This document shows, one piece after another, positions 7,904 to 16,454 of a stretch of DNA of 19,966 nt. The notes beneath the pieces are model-generated. The model saw only the letters and a program-made list of their open reading frames with translations, ran no database searches and had not been told where the DNA came from. The translations under genes were made by a program, and so were the position numbers. The DNA lies in the NCBI GenBank assembly GCA_048938025.1, contig JBHLMP010000060.1:1-19966 (forward strand), read 5' to 3'. Every line of letters starts with the position of its first letter. The first letter of the stretch is position 1. The DNA comes from Promethearchaeota archaeon. GTDB lineage: Archaea; Asgardarchaeota; Lokiarchaeia; Sigyniarchaeales; SOKP01.

Positions 7904-9868
7904 TCAATATAAATCTTTTATAATAAATTCCAAATCAAGTTCTCTTAAAGTTTCTTTTAAAGGATATCCATTTTCAGGATTCCAGCCCATTTCGTTACAA
8001 AAACCTTCATAATAATTCTGATAATCAACAGAAACTCCTTTAGTTGGACCTCTCTCATCGGGAGGATCTCCAATGACTCGTCCTGGTAATTTGTTATTGG
8101 CAATACTTATACCTTCCCGCAGAGTAAATGCTTGACGTAGAGTTTGAATTCGTAATCCAATATTTAAACATTCATCTACAGAAATATTCCATCCGGTTAA
8201 GGAATTAATTAATTCGAAAAATGGGTAAGGACCGAATAATGTTGAAAATGAACATAATCCAGTACAACATAAAGCTTGATAGAAACAGGTTATAATTTTT
8301 TGTCCTTTTATCCACTTTTTTTCATTTTTCTTCCATCGATCAGGCAGTATTAAGCCTTTTTGAAACTTATTAATTGGTCCAATTTCGATCATATCAATAC
8401 TTGCTGCTGTATGCCTTCCTGGTGTTGGATCATATGCATAGGTAAAAGCTAGGGATGGAAAAATTCTCGGATTATGCATAGCAATTTCACAACCTAATGA
8501 GGTCATAGCAAACTTTTCACTACCTTTTCCTATTCGTTTTGCTGCAATATCAGACCCGTCAGCTAAAATATCTCCAATTCCCTCTCTGTTAATAATTTTT
8601 TTAACAAGTTCTACAATAGTATTCGAATTTCCCCAAGTGAGTTCCAATCCCTCTGTATCCTCTTTAGTTAAAATCCCCTTTTCAAAACATTCTATAGCAA
8701 ATGCTACAGTAGCGCCCGTGGAAATAGTATCTATTGCTGCCCGGTTACACAATTCATTAATCTCAAAAATAGATATTAAATCATGATTCAGTAATAGAGC
8801 TCCAAATGAGCAACAAGTTTCATACTCAGGAAGATGTGTCTCTTCAAAATTTAATTCTGGTACTTTTAATATCGCTCCACACTGAACTGGACAACTATAA
8901 CATCCATATTCCCTTATTTTATATCCCTGAATATTTATTGTCGAAAGATTCTTTGATTTAGAAAATGGAAAATCATACATCCCAATTCCTGACCAATTTT
9001 TTATTGGAGAATCACCTATTTCTGCACTTAGGGTATTTCCCATGCTTGTTCCATAGGTTTTATATACATGGCGTATCATTCCTGCTGGACCTGAAAGCTT
9101 AATCTTAAATCTTCGCATTAACTTAGCAAAATTAGGAGCTTTGTTTAAAATAGATTTTATAAACTTACCGGGTTCCTTCTTCTTTCCTTCCTGGTTGTAA
9201 ATTTTTACCAAGTTCAAAAAATCATCTCGGTTATGCATTGAGACCTTATGGCTTCCTTTTAAAACGAGCATTTTCAAATTTTTAGAACCCATTATAGCAC
9301 CTATTCCTGATCGTGCGGCAATTCTTCCTTTATCATTAGCAATTCCTGAAATACGTGATTGTTTTTCTCCTGCTTGTCCTATACCAGCAGTTTTGATAAA
9401 TTTACCGTGTCTTTTCTTTAATTTTTCTTCAGCTTTAATAATATCTAAACCCCATAAGTCTGTTGCTTCTAAAATCTCTTTATCTCCCTCTATAATTGAA
9501 ATATATTTAGGGCTCTCAGCAACACCTTTAAATAAAATAGCATCATATCCACACTTTTTAATCTCAGGTCCGAATGTCCCACCACTATTTGCATCTCCCC
9601 ACGTACCTGTAAGTGGAGATTTACCAGCAACCATATACCTACCCGAAAAGGGAGCAGCAGTACTTGTTAATAACCCAGGAAAAAATCCAAAAACCGAATC
9701 TGGACTTAAAGGATCAATTTTAGGCTTCATATTTTCATATATCAATTTGCAACCTAAACCATATCCACCTAAAAATTGACGATATATCTTATCAGGTAAA
9801 TTTCGCTCCTCAAACTTCTCGCTTGTGAGATCTATCCATAAAACTTTACCAAAATATCCGCTACTCAT
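7904..9868 (-). CDS. aor: Aldehyde:ferredoxin oxidoreductase family (W/Mo bis-pterin) enzyme
   Basis: GYFGKVLWIDLT, KSPLTG, GRIAARSGIGAIMGSKNLK, CYSCPVQC Fe-S motif, PEYET, terminal GW...GYP...L..LDL. Confidence 0.95.
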   Translation of the reverse strand: MSSGYFGKVLWIDLTSEKFEERNLPDKIYRQFLGGYGLGCKLIYENMKPKIDPLSPDSVFGFFPGLLTSTAAPFSGRYMVAGKSPLTGTWGDANSGGTFGPEIKKCGYDAILFKGVAESPKYISIIEGDKEILEATDLWGLDIIKAEEKLKKRHGKFIKTAGIGQAGEKQSRISGIANDKGRIAARSGIGAIMGSKNLKMLVLKGSHKVSMHNRDDFLNLVKIYNQEGKKKEPGKFIKSILNKAPNFAKLMRRFKIKLSGPAGMIRHVYKTYGTSMGNTLSAEIGDSPIKNWSGIGMYDFPFSKSKNLSTINIQGYKIREYGCYSCPVQCGAILKVPELNFEETHLPEYETCCSFGALLLNHDLISIFEINELCNRAAIDTISTGATVAFAIECFEKGILTKEDTEGLELTWGNSNTIVELVKKIINREGIGDILADGSDIAAKRIGKGSEKFAMTSLGCEIAMHNPRIFPSLAFTYAYDPTPGRHTAASIDMIEIGPINKFQKGLILPDRWKKNEKKWIKGQKIITCFYQALCCTGLCSFSTLFGPYPFFELINSLTGWNISVDECLNIGLRIQTLRQAFTLREGISIANNKLPGRVIGDPPDERGPTKGVSVDYQNYYEGFCNEMGWNPENGYPLKETLRELDLEFIIKDLY

Positions 9869-10240
9869 TTAAATCGATTAAGAAATATTTTTTAAATAAC
9901 TAAAAGTACGAACTGAGTTTAATATATTAAATATTAAGCTTATTATAAAACTTAATCTATTTAAATCCTAAAATTATTAAAATTTTAATCAATTTTAATC
10001 AATTATTTAAATTTATGCCCATTAAGTGGTGAAATCAATTATTCAAATAGTTGTTTAATCAAAACTTATAAATAGGTCGTTTGGTATAATATTTTTGGTA
10101 TAGAAATTATCACGCAAGTTTAAAGTTAGTAATCCCTTTATAAAAAAATAAGAAATTTAGGGTTATCTCATAAAAAATAAGTAGTAGATTTATATATACA
10201 AAATTCTATAAAATTAGTAGTAAAAATTTTGAGGTAATAA

Positions 10241-10456
10241 ATGTCAGTAGTCCCAACAATTAAGAAAAAAGAATTATCAGTAAGTAAGTATCTTGATTGG
10301 GATAAATTCAAAAATAGGTTTTATAACAACATTTATTTAGATGATTATAAAATCGTTATTAAAATACCTCTAATTCAAACTGAAAAATCACAAAGTACTA
10401 TAAAAATTAAAAGATTTGATCTTGAAAATTATACGTTCCTATTATCTTACGATTAA
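10241..10456 (+). CDS. Small hypothetical protein
   Basis: 71 aa; clear GAGGT RBS at 10231-10235 upstream of the ATG. Confidence 0.65.
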   Translation: MSVVPTIKKKELSVSKYLDWDKFKNRFYNNIYLDDYKIVIKIPLIQTEKSQSTIKIKRFDLENYTFLLSYD

Positions 10457-10581
10457 TTAGTTTTATCATTTATTTTCTCATCTTTCTCTTTATTGTATTT
10501 GTTCCAACATGAGAAACAGATATAATTTCCATCCTCTAATGATACTAAATCTTTAAACAACATTATCTTCCTAAACAACAT
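10453..10581 (-). pseudogene. 5'-truncated paralog of the 47-aa zinc-finger-like gene (MLFRKIMLFKDLVSLEDGNYICFSCWNKYNKEKDEKINDKTN)
   Basis: Hand translation. 10480-10554 matches 11575-11649 at 61/75 nt (20/25 aa). It lacks the N-terminal Cys pair of the intact copy. Confidence 0.6.
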
Positions 10582-10588
10582 TATCTTC
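10554..10588. repeat. Tandem duplication of TAAACAACATTATCTTC (18-bp period)
   Basis: Exact 17-mer at 10554-10570 and 10572-10588, spanning the stop codon of the 10571-11113 gene. Confidence 0.9.
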
Positions 10589-11113
10589 TATCAACTCTCT
10601 CTTAGATTTCTTTTTCATATTGTAATAAAAGCCTATTCCTGCTATCGTCACTCCTCCCAAAATTCCGAATACTACTCCTAATATCACAGGAATCATAGAA
10701 GGGGTTTCTAAGTCATGATAAACATCTGGTGTATAATATGTATTAAAAGTTAAATATGTCGAAGAGAGATTATCGTCATTAAAGAAAACAAAATACCATT
10801 TTGTTTTAGTATAAGGTGGCCTCCAGTATCCAGAACCGCCATCGACATTATCATATAATTGCTCGGTATAAGAACCAGATCCAGCATCCCAATTATTCCA
10901 TTGTGTTTCTGTCATTACAAAAAAATCAATAGTAGCATATTCGCTAGTAAATTCGTAATTTAATCTATCATTATGCCCGATTGTATAATTAAACCCAATA
11001 GAGCACTTAGGAGGTAGATCAACCCACCCCTCTGGGGCTTTTGCCATGTTGGGTAAAATTGTTATAAGAAATACAAGGAAAATACCAGTTAATAAGATAT
11101 ATTTATGTTTCAA
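10571..11113 (-). CDS. Type I membrane protein with predicted GOLD/p24(emp24)-like beta-sandwich ectodomain
   Basis: Signal peptide ending AKA; beta-rich domain (LNYEF..IDFFVM..GSGYW.PP..WYFVFFN..LTF); one C-terminal TM helix; short basic tail. GAGGT RBS and TTG start. The fold call is pattern-based. Confidence 0.65.
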   Translation of the reverse strand: MKHKYILLTGIFLVFLITILPNMAKAPEGWVDLPPKCSIGFNYTIGHNDRLNYEFTSEYATIDFFVMTETQWNNWDAGSGSYTEQLYDNVDGGSGYWRPPYTKTKWYFVFFNDDNLSSTYLTFNTYYTPDVYHDLETPSMIPVILGVVFGILGGVTIAGIGFYYNMKKKSKRELIEDNVV

Positions 11114-11299
11114 TTTTTAACCTCGTTTTTTATATTAGATACTATTAAAATTGCCTTTATTCTTGCAAATTTTTTCATTTTTATTTTCGCTAAGAATGTA
11201 TAGACTAGTAAGTAAAAAGATTATGATTATATATTTAAAATTTATTGCAAGGAAAAAAAAAAGAATCAGAGGAAAAGAGGAAGAGGAGGTTGGAAATTT

Positions 11300-11479
11300 T
11301 CAAAGGATCTCTATTTTAGTAAGTGCTGGGCAAAATGCATTTTTGTCTATATTTTTATACAGTTCTGTAAAAGCAAGTTCCATTTCTCCCCAGTTTTCCT
11401 CAGTTTTCTGTGATCTGTGTAATTCTGTTATTATCCTAATAAATCTTCGTAGACTATAGAAGTACTGTTTAATATTAAT
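11300..11479 (-). CDS. Possible 59-aa small protein lacking a canonical start (or 27 aa from the ATG at 11383)
   Basis: Open frame INIKQYFYSLRRFIRIITELHRSQKTEENWGEMELAFTELYKNIDKNAFCPALTKIEIL begins at ATT right after a TAG, and is followed by a pyrimidine/T-rich tract. Confidence 0.35.
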   Translation of the reverse strand: MNIKQYFYSLRRFIRIITELHRSQKTEENWGEMELAFTELYKNIDKNAFCPALTKIEIL

Positions 11480-11559
11480 CTATTTTATTTAGGTTTTATT
11501 TTCTTACTTTTGTGTATTATAATTAAAATACCATAAAGATTTTCTTGTCTTTAAATTTA

Positions 11560-11703
11560 TTAATTTTTCTTTTTATCCTTTTCTTTATTGTATTCATTCC
11601 AACATAAAAAACACATGTAACTCCCATCTTCTAACAACACTAAATCTTTAATAGAACGGATCATTCCACAACTCTTTTTGGAATTTTCACATTTTCCCAT
11701 CAT
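11560..11703 (-). CDS. 47-aa zinc-finger-like microprotein (MMGKCENSKKSCGMIRSIKDLVLLEDGSYMCFLCWNEYNKEKDKKN)
   Basis: Hand translation, missing from the ORF track. C-x6-C...CxxC motif. Eight of the 14 differences from its duplicate are synonymous, which supports this frame. Confidence 0.75.
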   Translation of the reverse strand: MMGKCENSKKSCGMIRSIKDLVLLEDGSYMCFLCWNEYNKEKDKKKN

Positions 11704-11791
11704 AATAATTCAGATAATTTAAGAAGTTTTTAATATGTTTTGAATGGAATAATAAAACTCTCTACTTTCTAGTTATAAAACATAATAACTC

Positions 11792-13108
11792 TTATTCTAA
11801 TTCTATTTGAAGATATTTTTCTTGTAGTTTAAGCATTTCATCCAAAATCTTTTTTGCCTGCCAATAAGTTTCAACAACAGGATCTGCTAATAAAGCTTGT
11901 AATGCAATATCCTTAGATTTGGTAAGTATTGCTTCTACAACCAGATCCTGAACTGATGCTTGAGTTCGCAAGAGAGCAGCCAAACCTTTAGGATATTCTC
12001 CGAGTTCAATGCCATGAATACCACTTTTATTTATAATTGCTGGACCCTCTATTATAAGATCCCTTGGTAAATTTGTAATTATATCATCGTTTGGAATATT
12101 TACTGAAGCTTCTTCATAATTTTTATCTGTGATAATTCCTTCAATAATAGGTATCGCACGCTCTTCATCAGATTTTACAATTCTATCACCCTTTCCTCTC
12201 TCTATAAGAGTTTTAAGTCTTTCACCCTGTTGAGTTAAACCTTTTTCATAGTTTCTTATGAATTTGCGCGTACCGGGTATATCTACTAGTTCCCAAGCCC
12301 ATTGTATATATTCTCCATAATGCCCATCAGTAGTGTAAGGTAGGTAACCATATGTTTCCAAAATAAAAGCAATAAGATCATAACCACTATCTAAATATGG
12401 ACCCTTTTCTATTGATCTTAATATAGCTGGACCATTTTTCCGAATGTCAGGATATGCATCTTTATCTGTATCTTTATATTTTATATCTAAAATAACACCA
12501 AAATGATTTAGCCCTCCTGCCTTGATTTTTAAACTTGACGATGGTTTTCCAAGTATTTTAGTTAAGATTGGTTCAAAATCTTGAAATTCATGACATAAAC
12601 CTACAAATCTTAAAGAAGGGTATTTTCTTTTAATTGCTAGGCAGATTCTACTCATGGGATTAGAATAATTTATGATAAGAGCACTGGGGCAGATTTTCTG
12701 GATATCTTCACATATATCCAAAATTGGAGGAATTATTCTGAGTGAGTGGAAGAGACCACCTGGCCCTCCATTTTCTCCCATGACTTGTTTATTACCGAAT
12801 TCTTGTGGCACTCGATAATCCATATCTAATAATTTGAAGCGTGGCGTTATTTCAATCGAATTAATAATAAATGTAGCATTTCTTAATGCCTCTTCCCTTT
12901 CTATAGTTGATTCTAAGGTAAAATCTAAATTTCTTTTATTTATTGCTGATTCACATGCTGCGTACGTTAATTTGAGAGCCTCTTCATTAACATCATGCAA
13001 ACAAATAGTAGCACCCTCTAAGATTTTACTATCCAAAATACTTCCCACACTGCCTATCCCGAACTGCAGGGACCCAGAACCAATTAGGGTTATTTTTTCA
13101 TTTGACAA
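11792..13108 (-). CDS. Glycoside hydrolase family 4 (NAD+/Mn2+-dependent alpha-galactosidase/alpha-glucosidase type)
   Basis: KITLIGSGS Rossmann motif, GENGGPGG, NYSNPM, GLCH, GLNHF, QALLADP; TTG start. Confidence 0.93.
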   Translation of the reverse strand: MSNEKITLIGSGSLQFGIGSVGSILDSKILEGATICLHDVNEEALKLTYAACESAINKRNLDFTLESTIEREEALRNATFIINSIEITPRFKLLDMDYRVPQEFGNKQVMGENGGPGGLFHSLRIIPPILDICEDIQKICPSALIINYSNPMSRICLAIKRKYPSLRFVGLCHEFQDFEPILTKILGKPSSSLKIKAGGLNHFGVILDIKYKDTDKDAYPDIRKNGPAILRSIEKGPYLDSGYDLIAFILETYGYLPYTTDGHYGEYIQWAWELVDIPGTRKFIRNYEKGLTQQGERLKTLIERGKGDRIVKSDEERAIPIIEGIITDKNYEEASVNIPNDDIITNLPRDLIIEGPAIINKSGIHGIELGEYPKGLAALLRTQASVQDLVVEAILTKSKDIALQALLADPVVETYWQAKKILDEMLKLQEKYLQIELE

Positions 13109-13248
13109 CGTACTATCACTTAATCTCTTTTTAAAAAGTAATATTATTGATTTTAATTAATGATTAAGAACTTATTAGGATTCTGAGTATTATAAAAAAG
13201 AAGTGAAAGGAATGCAATCCCACCATAAAATAAAAAGGTTATGAGAAA

Positions 13249-13315
13249 ATTAAGCTCCTTTTTGAGCTTAATAGAGGGCGAAATCCAATGTTTGGTGCGG
13301 ATTAGCTCCTTCCAT
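13249..13315 (-). promoter_or_regulatory. Structured leader-like element: 15-codon uORF overlapping a 9-bp hairpin followed by a short U-run
   Basis: Perfect stem ATTAAGCTC/GAGCTTAAT (13249-13257 and 13264-13272); second stem AATCC/GGATT; uORF 13315-13268 (MEGANPHQTLDFALY). Confidence 0.4.
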
Positions 13316-13448
13316 TAATTATTACTTATAGTTTTTGTTTTTTTAAATTTCAGATAGAAACGAATTTCCGTACTAATAACACGAACAACTTTTTTTAGAA
13401 ATTCATAAAATTAAAACTTTAAATCATGAATGATTATCTAATAATAAG

Positions 13449-13988
13449 ATGGAAGTTTGGTTAAAATCTAAAGGAGAAACGGTGCTTAGAGAATTAGGTA
13501 TTAAAGAAGGACAGGAAATTTTAGATTTTGGATGCGGGGCTGGTACTTATTCCTTAATTGCATCAAGAATTGTGGGAAGAAAGGGAAGGATTTATGCCCT
13601 TGATTATGATGAGGAATCACTTCAAGAATTGACTGAAAAGATTCAGACTCAAAAGATTATAAATATAGAGACAATTAAAACTTCTAAGGATATTATATTT
13701 CCTCTAAAGGATAATTGTTTAGACGTAGTATTATTATATGATGTATATCATCTATTAGATAAAGAGGAGAGGATTAAATTATTAAAAGAAATTTATCGAA
13801 TTTTAAAAGATAAAATTGGTTTTTTATCTTATTTCGCAACACATATAGGATATCATGGAATTGATTTAGTGGAAGTTAAAGAAAAAATGGAAAGTTATGG
13901 TTTTAAATTGGTTAAAGAATTTCACAAACCAATGTTCCATTGGAATTGGATTGAAGAAGGTACTGTTTATAGTTATTATAAGAAATAA
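13449..13988 (+). CDS. Class I SAM-dependent methyltransferase
   Basis: ILDFGCGAG motif I, IYALD, LDVVLLYDVYH, EIYRILK. Confidence 0.92.
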   Translation: MEVWLKSKGETVLRELGIKEGQEILDFGCGAGTYSLIASRIVGRKGRIYALDYDEESLQELTEKIQTQKIINIETIKTSKDIIFPLKDNCLDVVLLYDVYHLLDKEERIKLLKEIYRILKDKIGFLSYFATHIGYHGIDLVEVKEKMESYGFKLVKEFHKPMFHWNWIEEGTVYSYYKK

Positions 13989-14024
13989 TAAAAACCGTTA
14001 CATTACTTGGTTTACTTTCATTAA

Positions 14025-15128
14025 TTATTTCTTTTTACTTTTTAATTTGTTTTTTTCTACTAGGATCAGATCATAAAGATCATCCATAGTTTGAGGAGGA
14101 ACATGTTTTTCTTCTTTTTTCTGAAGCGAAATAGCTTCAGATGGGCATGTTATTATACAATTTCCACAACCAATACATCTTTTTAGGTCTATTGAAGCTA
14201 TATCGTCAATAAGAGTTATAGCTTTAACTTGACAACGTTCAACACATGTGCCACATCCGGTACATAATTCAGGATCTATTTGTGAGTAATAGCTTGAATC
14301 TGCGTAATTAGCAGGATCTGGTAGGTTTCGCAAATTTGCGATCGTTCCATCACAGCAATAACAGCAACTACAAATAAAATCGACTTTCTGAGAATTACTC
14401 GGTCGGAAAATTAATCCCTCTTCTTGATTTCGACGTAAAATTTCAAGAGTTTCTTCTTTACTAATCTGGGTTCCCCATCCTTGATCGATATACATTTGAG
14501 CCATGACTCCAAATCCTAGGCAATTATCATTATGTTTGGTCATTTTACAGGGTTTTCCCTGAAATTCCATGTCTTGACGACAAATGCAGTTAATTTTTAC
14601 AAATGGACCATCACATTCTTCTATGATCTTTTTTACATTATCATAGGGAGCAATATTAAGTTCTGGATCAACACCAACTTCAACTGGAATAATACGCATT
14701 TGATGATGATCCGTTGGGTTAGCTTCTTTGTCCCAAATTTCGCTCATATATTCACCTAAAAGCTCTAAAAACTCCTCTGAAAGTTTATTAACTTGAAATT
14801 CATATATCCCTATTACTAATAATGCATTTCCGTAATATTTCTTATCATTCTCCTTTTTATACATAGTAGTACCTTTCTCAACCATTCTATCTAAAGTATG
14901 TTCTAAATCGTGCATAGAAATTCCCGCTTTTTTTGTCCGTTCATAAATAATCTCTAAGGGTTCAAGGGATTCATACCATCCGAATCTTAAAAACATTGCA
15001 ATTTTGGCTTCTTCAGGCGAAAAAAGATATTTCAACAACCGTATATCCGAACCAGATTCTGCTTGAGGGAATCCAATTGGCATTTGATCTAAGTGCTGTT
15101 GTAATTTTCGATAAATTTCTTCTTCCAT
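14025..15128 (-). CDS. 4Fe-4S binding protein (N-terminal HTH-like region, Cys-rich core, C-terminal 2x[4Fe-4S])
   Basis: CICR, ICSCCYCC, CTGCGTCVERC and CIGCGNCIITCP. Confidence 0.9.
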   Translation of the reverse strand: MEEEIYRKLQQHLDQMPIGFPQAESGSDIRLLKYLFSPEEAKIAMFLRFGWYESLEPLEIIYERTKKAGISMHDLEHTLDRMVEKGTTMYKKENDKKYYGNALLVIGIYEFQVNKLSEEFLELLGEYMSEIWDKEANPTDHHQMRIIPVEVGVDPELNIAPYDNVKKIIEECDGPFVKINCICRQDMEFQGKPCKMTKHNDNCLGFGVMAQMYIDQGWGTQISKEETLEILRRNQEEGLIFRPSNSQKVDFICSCCYCCDGTIANLRNLPDPANYADSSYYSQIDPELCTGCGTCVERCQVKAITLIDDIASIDLKRCIGCGNCIITCPSEAISLQKKEEKHVPPQTMDDLYDLILVEKNKLKSKKK

Positions 15129-15203
15129 AATTTAATCTTTACAATTTAATTTAGAATAATTTTATTAAAATAAATTTAAAAACTTATTCTCTTTTTCAAG
15201 ATT

Positions 15204-16328
15204 TCAACCTTTTTGCTTAAGATTCATTTTTCGTTGCATTACTCTATCAAATAAATAATCCATCGTGGGGAAAGGTTCAAATTGTCTTTCTCTTTTAAGA
15301 AGCTTAACAGCTTCAGATGGACATTTAGCAACACAATTTCCACAACCTATACAGCGTTTCTTTTTTATTGATGAAATATCATCTTTAAGAGATATTGCTT
15401 TCATTGGACATATTTCTACGCATGTACCGCAACCTGAACACAAATCAGAATCTACTTCAGCATAGTAATTAGTTATTGAAAAATCTCCTGGATTAGGTAA
15501 TAATGCTAGATTCGATAAATTTTCACAGCAACAACCACAACAACTACAAATAAAAGATAAATTTTGCGAATTATCTGGTTGAAGCACATGACCTTCTTCT
15601 TCATTTTTTCTTAAAATTTCGAGAGCTTCTTCTTTATTAATTTGCCGACCCCATCCTTGATCAATGTATAATTGAGCCATTGTCCCAACTCCCATACAAA
15701 TCTCTCTCCTTTCTGTGACTTTGCAAGGAGTTTCCAATACATCTTTTACTTGTTTACAAATACAATTCATTATTGCAAAAGGTCCATCTGTAGTTTCAAG
15801 AAGTTTTTCAAGATCGTCGTATGTACTCACGTTATGCTCAGGCTCAATGCTTTGCTCTACTGGAATTGTACGTAATTGAGCAGCTTTCACCTTCATAGAT
15901 TCTGGGAGCCACGCTTCTACATAATACTCTTCAAAGTCTTTAACAAATTCTTTTGTAAGCTTATTTACTTGAAACTCGAACATACCAACCGCTAGTAATG
16001 CGTTACCATAACAGGTTTTGTCTCCTTCTCGTTTTGACATAATAGATCCTTTTTTCGCCATCCTATCCAATATTTGTTCTAATTCTTTAATAGATATATC
16101 AGTTTTTTTAGCACGTTTAAATATGGTTTCTAATGTTTCTAAATCTCTATCCCAGCCAAATCTCAATAACCTTGCTATATTAGCTTCTTCAGGCGAGAAA
16201 AGATGTTTTAACAAACGTAAATCAGCACCAGATTTAACAGCAGGAAAACCTATAGGCATTTTATCAAAATGTTCTTGTAGTTTTCTGTATACCTCTATAT
16301 CATTTGAACTCATATTATTTATTCCCAT
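15204..16328 (-). CDS. 4Fe-4S binding protein, tandem paralog of 14025-15128
   Basis: Shares YRKLQ.H.D.MPIGFP and LFSPEEA.IA..LRFGW; has CICK, ICSCCGCCC, CSGCGTCVEICP and CIGCGNCVAKCP. The start may be the ATG at 16313. Confidence 0.9.
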   Translation of the reverse strand: MGINNMSSNDIEVYRKLQEHFDKMPIGFPAVKSGADLRLLKHLFSPEEANIARLLRFGWDRDLETLETIFKRAKKTDISIKELEQILDRMAKKGSIMSKREGDKTCYGNALLAVGMFEFQVNKLTKEFVKDFEEYYVEAWLPESMKVKAAQLRTIPVEQSIEPEHNVSTYDDLEKLLETTDGPFAIMNCICKQVKDVLETPCKVTERREICMGVGTMAQLYIDQGWGRQINKEEALEILRKNEEEGHVLQPDNSQNLSFICSCCGCCCENLSNLALLPNPGDFSITNYYAEVDSDLCSGCGTCVEICPMKAISLKDDISSIKKKRCIGCGNCVAKCPSEAVKLLKRERQFEPFPTMDYLFDRVMQRKMNLKQKG

Positions 16329-16454
16329 TAATAATTTTCTTAATATTAATAACTCTTAATTTTTAATAAACTAGGATATAAATCTATAGAAGAAGCTGAA
16401 AATAAAATTTTAAAATCATAAAAAAATAAAAGTAATAATTTAATGATTTGATCC

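Noticed and set aside
9393-9779. 128-aa plus-strand ORF
   Set aside because: Antisense shadow of aor.
9981-10102. AATTTTAATC tandem repeat and two TTTGGTATA copies upstream of aor
   Set aside because: Short, AT-rich, two copies only, no spacer structure; not CRISPR-like and not distinguishable from background.
11151-11459. 102-aa plus-strand ORF
   Set aside because: Low-complexity, runs through poly-A/purine tracts, no RBS; the opposite strand is more protein-like.
11135-11479. Possible selenocysteine readthrough of the TGA at 11302-11300 (the frame stays open beyond it)
   Set aside because: No redox motif around the TGA, the downstream translation is low-complexity from T-tracts, and I recognised no SECIS-like hairpin.
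12834-13160. 108-aa plus-strand ORF
   Set aside because: Antisense shadow of the GH4 gene.
13200-13320. tRNA or known riboswitch (TPP, fluoride, Moco/Wco) in the GC-richer patch
   Set aside because: No cloverleaf or T-loop consensus and none of the conserved riboswitch cores; kept only as an unclassified structured element.
14532-16359. Four plus-strand ORFs within the Fe-S paralogs
   Set aside because: Antisense shadows of well-supported genes.
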